NCBI GenBank assembly: GCA_951406725.2
Contig: OX597829.1
Location: 55,242,001 to 55,306,000, forward strand
Reading direction: 5' to 3'
DNA: 64,000 nucleotides
From: Octopus vulgaris
Lineage: Eukaryota
Shown here one piece after another: positions 43,121-53,341 of the stretch (within the stretch, counting starts at the first letter, position 1; every line of letters starts with the position of its first letter). Under the pieces are notes generated by a model. The model worked only from the letters and a program-made list of their open reading frames with translations, did not search any database and had not been told where the DNA came from. The translations under genes were made by a program, and so were the position numbers.

Positions 43121-43467
43121 TCATATATGTATATATTTAGTCTGTTACTCTGTTACTTGTTACAGTCATTAGACTGCGGTCGTGATGGAGCACCACCTTA
43201 ACGGACTTATTCTTTGTAAGCCTAGTACTTATTCTACAGGTCTCCTCTGTTGTCAAGCGATGGTAGGGAGACAAGCAGACACAAACACACGCAAATACAT
43301 GCATTTATACATACATACATACATACATACATACATACATACATACATACATACATACATACATACATACATACAAACATACATATATACATACATACGT
43401 ATATATACATACAAACGTATATATACATACATACGTACACACATATATATGTATATATATACATGTC

Positions 43468-43730
43468 GAGGCGCGTAGCTTAGTGGTTAGGGTGTCAGCA
43501 CCATGATCGTAAGATTGTGGATTCGATTCCTGGAACGGACGACACGTTGTGATCTTGAGCAAAACACTTCATTTCACGTTATTCCAGTCCACTCAGCCGG
43601 CAAAAATAAGTAATGCTGCGATGGATTGGTGTCCCGTACAGCTGGGGAACACATACGCCATAGAAACCGGGAACTCGGGCTCATGAGCCTGGCTAGGCTT
43701 TAAAAAAAAGGGCGCATTTATTTATTTTAT
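43468..43730 (+). mobile_element. tRNA-derived SINE family C (CORE-like + V-domain-like)
   Basis: TAGCTTAGTGGTTAG / GATTCGATTCC boxes; CTGCGATGGATTGGTGTCCCGTACAG resembles the V-SINE domain; (TTTA)n tail. Confidence 0.75.
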
Positions 43731-43752
43731 TATATATATATATATATACATA

Positions 43753-45328
43753 CAGGGTCTTGCAGATTAATTGAGACCAGTTTTAAGCAGTTGACTTACT
43801 AGGTTTAGCATTTTAGCTTTTCACAAAACCTTTCTTGCTTGAAAATCTAATCTTCCTCTTTATTTCTCAGGTAAATAGCGAACTGATTCAGCAACAGAAA
43901 ATCATGGAACAACATAATCGTTCCGCCATTATTGTTTTGGTGTGCACCGGGTACACGGCCAATAGAATTCTTTAGTTGACGAAACTGTCAAAAGCAACAG
44001 TTTATTATGTCTAAAAACAATTTAAAGAAGAGGGAAAGGTTGACAGGTAAGAACAAAAGACTCGAAGTGATTCGAAACGCAATCCAAAGTTTCTCGCCGT
44101 CTCAAACGCTCGATTGAAGCCAACCCATTTACCTCCATGACAGCTCTTGCAAAGAAACGCAATGTGTTCCTTTTCACGGTGTCCAGAGCTGTGAACAGGA
44201 GCCTAGGCATGACTAGCTATGTTCCACGATGCGGTCACCTCCTAACAGCCAAGGCCAAAGCAATCAGAGCCGAGAGGTGCCCAAGGTTTCTGTCATTCAT
44301 GAAGCATCAAGGTGCAAGAAAAAGTCTCGTGTTGTGGACGAGAAGTTCATTGTGGACGCTAAGGTGAATTGGAGAGATTCTCGGTTGATTGCATACAATT
44401 CTTTTGACTTCCCCCACTGTGTTTGAGACTAAGAATCCTGCCTCTGTGATGGTATTTGAAGCCGTGGCGAGTGATAGAAGTGTCATGGATTCACACTTCA
44501 TTAAATCTAGTGCAAAGGAGTATCTGGACATCCTGAAGAACTCTCTGTTACCTTGGATGGAGCTGAAGTTTGGGCTTGACAATGTAGTGCTTATTTAAGA
44601 TTCTGCACCACGCTATGGGTTAAAAGCAACATAGGCCTTCCTTGGTGAGAAGGTATCATTTTTTGTGAGGGCCAACATCTGGCCCAGTAATAGCCCACAT
44701 CTCAACCTTCTCGATTACTTTTTATGGGGTGTACTTAAAGCAAGGACCAATGCTTCACCACACTCAAATCTCAACAGTTTGAAGACCTGCATCGTCCGTG
44801 CGACGCGCAAAATCAAAAACGCGGAGGTTGTGGCAGCTACAAAAAAATTTCATTCTCGTGTGGAGGCAGTAATTGCCCAAAAGGGCAGCCATATTGCGTA
44901 ATAGATATTTTAGTTGCAATAAATGTTACATTAAAATTATATCTGTCTACTACCATTATTTTAGTATTTACTAGCAGTATCGCCCGGCGTTGCTCGGGTT
45001 TGTAAGGGAAATAACTATATAAGCATTTTTAGAGAGTTACTTCCCTTATATAACCCGAGCAAAAATCATTAAAAATGCGGAAAAATGATGGTAAATTTTT
45101 TTTTAATTGTAGACTCATCGTAGACGCGCGCTAATACCCAGAAGGGCTCGATATGAATGACGACTATAAGATACCCGCTTTTGGTTAAACTGCACCGCAA
45201 AATGTGGGAGTAGTTAGGAATCTAAATCGGAGGAGACAGAGTCTCACACACACAACTTCAGTTTTATATTTAAAGATAAGCAGTTTTATGCATTGTAAAA
45301 ATTATCTCAATTCATCTGCAAGATCCTG
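43753..45328 (+). mobile_element. maT (DD37D) Tc1/mariner transposon, near full length and decayed, containing a Helitron
   Basis: TIRs CAGGGTCTTGCAGATTAATTGAGA / TCTCAATTCATCTGCAAGATCCTG; TA on the left; transposase ~43903-44901 with DEK, and exactly 37 codons between DSAP and the D of SPHLNLLDY. Confidence 0.9.
44971..45276 (-). mobile_element. Non-autonomous Helitron (same family as 19556-19957)
   Basis: 5' TC, 3' hairpin + CTAG, inserted at A|T. Confidence 0.85.
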
Positions 45329-45345
45329 TTTATATATATATATGT

Positions 45346-45449
<104 letters not shown>

Positions 45450-45567
45450 TAATAGAGAAATGATGCAAAATGTATAAATGGATGATGAGTGAAGCACCCA
45501 GTTTCGATTCCCTGTTGTTATCCGTAGATTTATTGCAGGAACTTCGTAGTGGCGGTTGGGGTAACAT

Positions 45568-45949
45568 TATTAGTAAAATAGATGGAATGTGTAATCGATT
45601 TTATTATTTTATTGGGTACAGCACATGTTTCGATAATACTTATTATATTCCTTTCAACTTCAACTTCCTTTTCTTTCTCTGAACAGTTACAACAGCAAAG
45701 GCTCATCACATCATTTTCTCTAAACTGGAATGTATACTTTCCACGTTCATATTTGAATTTTTTGCGTTTCAATAATTTTTCTCTGTTTTTGTTCATTCTC
45801 GAATTTGCTGGACATATAGCGGTACGTTAACCGACTCAGGAAATCTCTAGAGAGACTTTTTACTGATGTTCCCGAAGAGGTCCAGAACGGGTCGAAACAT
45901 GTGTTGTACCCAATAAAATCTATTACGCACTCCAGCTATTTTATTAATA
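45568..45949 (+). mobile_element. PLE-like mini-element with inverted ends and degenerate hammerhead
   Basis: 45568-45633 is an imperfect reverse complement of 45892-45949; CCGAAGA GGUCC-agaac-GGGUC GAAAC AUGU GUU at 45872-45905. Confidence 0.6.
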
Positions 45950-45950
45950 C

Positions 45951-45994
<44 letters not shown>

Positions 45995-46378
45995 AGAACA
46001 AGTCAACATCATCGGTAACCACTGAGCCGCAGGTTTTATGTCGGAGTTATCCCAGTTACCTGAGTTGCCTTCTCCTAGAAGGATGCCCTAACAAAGGCTA
46101 GGAGTCCTTCACTCCCAATGGTTTAACAGCGCGATCGGGTATTCAGTCCGATTATTTCTATGTCCCCGCGCATGATACATTTATTGGATGGCTGTTGACT
46201 CTCAAGTGTTCCTCCGCCCTTTGACGGGTTTTGTTTTTCATCCCGCAGGGTGTCCAATACACACCCTCCTCACCAAGCAAGCTTGATGGGGTTGCCGGTT
46301 TAGTCGCCGACGACCGACCATGCAACAGGTTGTACTGGGTTACATGTTACCAGTAGCACTCGAAAGTGACCTGACATA
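45995..46378 (-). mobile_element. RTE 5'-UTR-derived non-autonomous element
   Basis: Minus strand has GGGCATCCTTCTAGGAGAAGGCAACTC and CTAAACCGGCAACCCC, motifs I associate with RTE 5' regions; no ORF. Confidence 0.5.
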
Positions 46379-46499
46379 AATAATAACAAGTTGCATGTGC
46401 ACTGCCCGTAATCTGTGCAATGGAATAATATGTTGTATAAAATTGTAAAATGAGAGGAAATAAATTTTGAGGATGAACAAGTCTCCATGTTTCGCAATC

Positions 46500-47575
46500 T
46501 TTCCCTGTTGATTTAACGTGGGCGGTCCCACGCGCACTTCATCCGATAGCGACGCGCACGCTGTCCTTCCGGTGGTTGTCTCGCTACACCAAAGCCGAGT
46601 CTAAGGCGCACACGAATAGTCATCGCCGGTCTCGTTTTTTACCGTGGACGGTGCCATCGCGCCTTGAAAGGTTAGCCATCGCTAATTAGCAAGCCCTCCT
46701 CCTTTGCACGCGTTCTAGGATGTCCGATCGCCAGGACAACCTAGTGCAAGAGATGAGGCACACAAGAGGGGTCGGTCGAACTCGGAAGCTCTCTCGACAC
46801 AGGCCACTCCCGTGTGCAGGTCGCTTTCGAGGCAGACCCCACTCAAGCGCCGCAGGGGACCCCAACGGCAGACCGGGGTCAAATTGGTCGCGCATCAGGA
46901 CCCCTACGTTTGGTGACCGCAGCCACCTCCCCAGAATCTAGTCCAACGCCAGCAACCTTTCTCATAAGGCGAAGGGGATCCCGGGGTGCCGGTGTATTAA
47001 GGTGGACGGCGCCATCCGTCAAGGAGTAGAGCTTCCCCACCGAAACGAACTAAGAGCGTGTCCGTAGCGGAAGGGTCATCTAATCCAAGACGCCGGTGTA
47101 TTATAGTGGTCGGTCCCACTCACCCCGAATCTACGCTCATCAGGATGCTCTGGCTATTATAGTGGGCAGCGCCACCGCCGATTTTCTGCAAGCGACCGAG
47201 CAAGGGATCAAGCAGGCCCCGACTTTAAGTGGACGAAGCCACGCGTCCAGGGGGTGAATCCATCCGCCTGCGGGATCGGCTGCAAATCCCTGGATGCACG
47301 GATCATAACCTCACCTAAACGCCCGGTATTTTCAAGTGGGCGGTTTCACCTTGCACCGGAGGGTGCGCGCTTGCCGGATTCATCTAACCATCTCCGGGTG
47401 CGGCTATAATTGGTGTGGTGCGGTATTGGGCCATTGGAAATGGATCGCCGCATGCCCACACATTAACACCCGTCCACCATGGGCGAGGTGAGGGTCTACG
47501 TACAATTGCGGGACCTCCGATTTTCGTGGACTAGCCACCCGTCCAGGCAGACGCTACGAACAACGACCTTACCTA
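46500..47575 (-). ncRNA. GC-rich non-coding island with a tandem array of predicted H-type pseudoknots
   Basis: Repeated minus-strand motif GUGG-(6-nt loop with CCG/CUG/UUCG)-CCAC-(A/U-rich linker)-CGG/CAG/CGGG at ~46505, 46625, 46904, 46988, 47092, 47150, 47218, 47323; see findings. Confidence 0.55.
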
Positions 47576-47642
47576 ATATATATATATATAAGAAATATTG
47601 AATTTCTAAATCTCTCGTAGAGACATGTACGGTGGTGGGGCG

Positions 47643-47767
47643 ATAGAATGGTTGTATACTGTCAATCTAACAAGAACGTGACAGTAGGGGGTACACTGCC
47701 TCCTAGGGCTATACAACGGTGGTGTACCCCCTACTGTCACGTTCTTGTTAGATTGACAGTATACAAC

Positions 47768-47775
<8 letters not shown>
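47643..47775. repeat. Hairpin (arms 47643-47700 / 47718-47775) between (TA)n tracts
   Basis: Near-perfect 58-bp arms; preceded by GAGACATGTACGGTGGTG (like the GAAAC..GUA half of a hammerhead). Confidence 0.85.
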
Positions 47776-47827
<52 letters not shown>

Positions 47828-47843
47828 CATTATACATACATAC

Positions 47844-47892
<49 letters not shown>

Positions 47893-47989
47893 CATATACA
47901 TAATATATGCATCAAATGAAATAAAAAACAGAACACAAATGAAATAACTGAATTTATTGTACCTACCTGACCTACGTTTTCAATTGGAC

Positions 47990-48255
47990 CGGATCCTGCA
48001 CGACAATCTGAAGTATATTTGCCACTTAGATGTGGCTAATCACTAAGGGTGGATGCTACTGTAGCTTGTAGCCCCAGGAGCACATCTTCTCCAGCTGGCT
48101 ATTGACACACTTTCTGTGCCCTATCAGTATTTGCAAAGGGAAGCCATCCTTCCCATCGTCGACCTGACGCGATGTACACGGACCCGGGTTTCTGGGTATT
48201 TTCCCCGTCGTCAGCGCACGACAATCACCGGTCTTCGATGCGAAGGGGTCTCAAT
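47990..48255 (+). mobile_element. Short LINE-derived (RTE/Ingi-like) non-autonomous element
   Basis: GC-rich; 3' stem-loop GGTCTTCGATGCGAAGGGGTCTC; CAC-TTTCT-GTG..CAGTA..GGGAAGC segment loosely like HDV-type 5' signatures. Confidence 0.35.
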
Positions 48256-48274
48256 GCAAATACATATATCCTTT

Positions 48275-48408
48275 ATACGACGGTCTTTTTTCAGCTTCCG
48301 GCCCAAGGCTATAGTAAAAGTAATTTGCCCAAGGTGCCACATAGTGGGACTGAACCTGGAACCATGTGGTTTGAAAGCAAGTTTCTTACGATGCAGCCAC
48401 TCCTGCAC
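48275..48408 (-). mobile_element. SINE family B fragment
   Basis: Head sequence match. Confidence 0.75.
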
Positions 48409-48807
48409 CTATACTAGCAATAATTATAACGATATAAAACATGGAAACTTGTTCATCCTCAAAATTTATTTCTTCTTATTTTACAATTTTATACAACATA
48501 TTATTTCATTGCACAGATGACGGGCAGTGCACATGCAACTTCTTCATGGTCTATCCATTTGTGGAGTCACCCACGGAATTACCCATCCGAGGAATTTACA
48601 GTGTGAATGACAACTGACATTAGTCATAAACGTTAAATATTAATCTTTGCGTTTAAACATAACCTGAAACATAACTGAGAGCCACCACGGTAGCCTCCCT
48701 GATAGTATATCCCTATAAGCTCACACACACACACACACACTCACACACACACTCACTCACACACACACACACACACACTCACACACACACACACGCTCAC
48801 ACACACG

Positions 48808-48881
<74 letters not shown>

Positions 48882-49794
48882 AGAGTACTTTCACGATATT
48901 GCCTTATATATTTTCTAATATAGAGCATTTTCCATTGTTTCCAAATTGTTACTACGCGTGTATGGTGTGTGTTTTTAAAAAGTTAATGAAAATCCGGCGA
49001 TGAAACCGATTCTGAATGTTTTTATTTAGTATCTTTCAAATATACCGACATTTGCCTAGTTTGTATTATAGTGCTTCCTAGCTTTTGCTGAACCATTTTG
49101 AGGTTGATTTAAAATATTAAATTTCATTTCCAGAAATTCAACTTCCTTGATACTAGAAATTCTGTTATTCAATCTTGAAAATATTTAACGAAATATAAAA
49201 TCATTTCAAGTTGAGCCTTAGAATGTGGTCTAGCATATCACCAAAAACGTCAGATAGAATTAAATGAAAGGAAATTGAAGTTAAGGACCGAAACACTTAC
49301 CTGAGGTGGGGTTTCTTTTGAAAAGATATTCTGCTGTTTAGCTCTGTTGAGAATTTCTTAAAACTAAATTGAGCATTAGTTTAGAATGTGGCCTATCCTA
49401 TTATCAAAGATATTAAATAAAAGAAAAGAAAAGGAAAATGAAAAACTGAAAAGAAAATGATCAACACAAATGAATAAATAAATTCAATCCAAACGAAAAC
49501 TTGTTAAAACAAAACCATGCAAATTTCGAAGCGTGTTATGCCCTTCGCATTTTATTCAGAATTATGTTTTTTAGCTAAAAGAATCTCGGAAGTAGTAATT
49601 AATCAACGAGCGGCATTCCACCAGCTACGCATCAGGACCAAGACACCTTGGAACTTATTCACTTCCCACATCTGGATCTTTGGATCTTACCGTTACATAT
49701 CATTACACACGCACACACACATACATGCATATAATTCGGGTGCATCTGACTTAAGTACCATATTCATTTGGATCTATATATATATATATATATC

Positions 49795-50096
49795 ACGTGA
49801 TCACGTGACCGACCAGACCATCAGATGTTGTTACACATCGCTGGTCACAATGCGTTCGCATTGTTTTTTAGCCTTCGAATGACGCCACCCCGCTGGCTAA
49901 GCGAGCAGGCCAACAGAAGAGTGAGAGAAAGAGTGGTGAAAGAGTACAGCAGGGATCACCACCCCCTGCCGGAGCCTCGTGGAGCTTCTTAGGTGTTTTC
50001 GCTCAATAAACACACACAACGCCCGGTCTGGGAATCGAAACCACGATCCTACGACCGCGAGTCTGCTGCCCTAAACACTGGGCCATTGCGCCTCCA
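49795..50096 (-). mobile_element. tRNA-derived SINE (family C-related head, distinct body)
   Basis: GGAGGCGCAATGGCCCAGTGTTTAGGGC..GGTTTCGATTCCC; ends in a CACGTGATCACGTG palindrome next to (TA)n. Confidence 0.75.
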
Positions 50097-50160
<64 letters not shown>

Positions 50161-50243
50161 GATTCAAATGAATATGGTACTTAAGTCAGATGCACCCGAA
50201 TTTTGTACGCTGTTATCCATATAAATCCATGGGGTGATTATAA

Positions 50244-50504
50244 TCAAAGTAAGCAACAAGAATATCTTCGGTATTTTGGTACGATCGTTTCACGCTACAT
50301 CATTTTATTAAACATTGTAAGTATTACATCAGTTTTAAAATGTTGGGCAATCATCAGCCATTCATAGAGGTTTTCCATCAGTACATATGAATGGCTGATG
50401 ATTGCTCAACATTTTAAAACTGATGTAATACTTACAATGTTTAATAGAATGATGTAGCGTGAAACGATCGTGCCAAATTACCGAAGATATTCTTGTTGCT
50501 TACT

Positions 50505-50508
<4 letters not shown>
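50244..50508. mobile_element. Foldback carrying two inverted hammerhead-like motifs
   Basis: Arms 50244-50366 / 50386-50508; each reads UGG CUGAUGA..long stem II..GAAAC GAUC GU(A/G) CCA. Confidence 0.75.
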
Positions 50509-50570
<62 letters not shown>

Positions 50571-50947
50571 TGGCAATGCATCCCTGTATCGCCCGGGTGT
50601 TATGATCTTCGGGCACATTGCATTATTTGCTCCTATCTTATGGGCAGAATCGGCGTCACTGATATATAGTTAATGGCATAATGGAAATTATTGTTTGGTT
50701 AAAAGTGAAGGGGAAAGGTACAATTTTCATGGGTTTGCATGCAAGTGCCTTCTGTTCTCAAGAAGGATCAGAAACTATGTATTGTTTCATCGTATAAAAG
50801 AGGGTTAATGCGATTTTGTCCAGAAATCACGTTTTCAAAGTTTTAATGTCCTCCCATTCCCACCGCAATTTCTTAATTTGTAACTTTTTTCCAAATTTTT
50901 TTTTTTGTTATCCACGTAAAAAAATACAGAGATTATGAATCTGGGAA

Positions 50948-51067
<120 letters not shown>

Positions 51068-52253
51068 TATAGTTTAATTTTTCTTAAAGAAACACTCAAT
51101 GCCCCTTTCCCCAGCTCGGTCATCCATCACCTACTCGCTTTCAAAAAGCTAAAATCTCCCAATCTTTCACTTTCGTCTACTGTTTCATGCATGCGTAGAA
51201 TTCTACTGAAATAGCAGAAGTAAAAAAATACCAGACCACCACCAGAAAACCTGTCATGCTAGAAACAACAAGCAAACGACATTATTTCTAAAGAAACTTC
51301 CCCGCTTTCCAAAAAGCTGAAATTGAAACATTGGGAGTTTGTATCTTTTTGAAAGTGGTAAGGTAATGGGTAAAATTCTTAAAGATTCGTACTCTCTGTT
51401 TTTCTCCGTGGATTACCAAGAATAAAAATTAAAAAAATAAAAATTGAATTTGGTGTGGAGAGGAAGAAAAATAAAATAACGTGTTTGTGGGTGAAAACCT
51501 AATCTCCAGTATCGCAAAGATAGGAATCGGAAGAAATTTAGGAAAAAAATAAGGGGTCGGGGGCACAAATGTCATCTCGGACATGCTAGAAAGAAGTGGT
51601 AAAGGACAGGATTTTTGGGAAAACTTCCTTTAAAGTTTATATCGGAAATCAGTTTTTAAATACGCTCATCATAAACACAAATTACACAATAGAAAATGGT
51701 CACTTCAATTGGATTTGAGCCGTAAATTTGCGCATGCACACAGCAAGAAATAACAATTCGTACAGAAGTTTTACCTAGAGTGCGTGTGTGTGTGTGTGTA
51801 TGTGTGTATGTGTGTGTGTGTGAAAAGTAAGTTGTCTTATAGCATTCTTTCGTTTGAAGAAACAAAGTTGTCAACTCGATCATGTGGAATCATATGATTG
51901 TTCGTTAATTTCTGTAAAAGTTTTAACATTACTTTATGCTTTGAAGAGAGCAGAAATTGAAAGAGAAGAGAAAGTGAAAAGGCAATATTTGCTTTAAAGT
52001 GAGAGCAGAAAGTGAAAGATGTACGTGTATATGAAATGGAGTGTGTGTGTGAGAGAGAGAGAGAGATAGAGAAAGAGAGAGAGAGAAAGAGAGTAAGAGA
52101 GACAGATAGAGAAAGCGAGAGAGAAAGAGAGTAAGAGAGCGCGAGAGATAGTGAAAGAGAGACAGAAAGAGAGTAAGAGAGAGAGAGTGAGTGAGTAAAG
52201 GTGTGTATTGTGATATATGAATTTTTTTGCATGTATGTGTAAGTGGCACTCAC

Positions 52254-52290
<37 letters not shown>

Positions 52291-53240
52291 TACACACGCA
52301 TACACACATTACCATTTATATACACGTACATAGATATATATGCATACATCTTTTTTGTGCGTGTGCATGAGAGAGAGAGGTTGAATTTCCTCATAACAAA
52401 TAGAGTAATGGATGTCTTTTAATGCAATGTTTTTGGTTGTGGCTTATGCTAATACAATATCTATGTGTACATTTTCATACATTTTTGTCTGAGTAGAATT
52501 CTACTCATGCGGGAAACATGAAGCGAAAGTGAAACATTAGAAGCAAGTCGAAATATGACCTCAAAATTGTGCGACCCTACCTCTTTTCCGAGGTTATTTT
52601 AGTAGTAAAAAGAGTTGTGCCAAAAACAGTTCATTTGGTAGATAGATAATAAGCAGCTTTCTTTATTATAATACACATGTGACTAATTCGGAGAAACATT
52701 ACTTTCATTATTCACACATCGTCACTCGCGTAATGCAACACATTGTCATTTTGGTTCAAATTGAAAGTGTGAAACTATTTTCACTTTCTAATGAAACCTG
52801 GTCGTTATAGAGCAGTGTATTTCAAATAGTTGGTTGTTGAAATAACGTAGAAAATATGTAAATGAAAATAAAGTTTATTTGACATTTGTAACTGATTTGA
52901 TTGTTCTGGTCTTAACATCAGTTGGTAAGAATAGAAGTCATTTGACAACACCATTTTTTTTGTAATTGGCTCTCCTGTTGCAGGTTCAATCTGTAGAATA
53001 TTGAAACGATAGCCATCTTGTCCATTCCACAGAATGAGAGAATACTGGGGAGCATCATAAGAGGGATGAATCTGTGAAACACGTTTAAGGTTGTTATCTC
53101 GAACACGAATGAGAATATCATGATATTAATGGGATCACCTATCATAAGGATGGCTACTTCATTAGATGTGTGCTTTAAAAACGGTGTGAAATGTCCTTTA
53201 CTATAGTTTACCATAGAAGTAATGAACGCGGAAACACACA

Positions 53241-53341
<101 letters not shown>

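Larger units (their letters stand above)
46388..48541. repeat. ~105-bp inverted repeat pair (46388-46493 / 48437-48541) bracketing the GC-rich island
   Basis: AAGTTGCATGTGCACTGCCCGT..GGATGAACAAGTCTCCATGTTT vs AAACATGGAAACTTGTTCATCC..ACGGGCAGTGCACATGCAACTT. Confidence 0.85.

Noticed and set aside
46818-46903. Hammerhead candidate on the minus strand (GGUC CUGAUGC..CGAAAGC GACC)
   Set aside because: A9 is altered and there is no stem III or UH cleavage site.
46995-47165. TATAAT/TTGAC words in the island resembling bacterial promoters
   Set aside because: Spacing is inconsistent, and the words coincide with the A-rich pseudoknot linkers; the flanks are clearly animal repeats.
47130-47180. Resemblance to the fluoride riboswitch (GGCGGUGGCGCUGCC..CUGAUGA on the minus strand) and, at 46505-46533, to the pistol ribozyme 5' half
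   Set aside because: Only partial. The remaining conserved nucleotides and pairings are not present consistently across units, so the units are kept only as generic pseudoknots.
46500-47575. CRISPR-like reading of the repeated GC-island motif
   Set aside because: Units are too divergent and irregularly spaced, there are no cas genes, and the context is eukaryotic.
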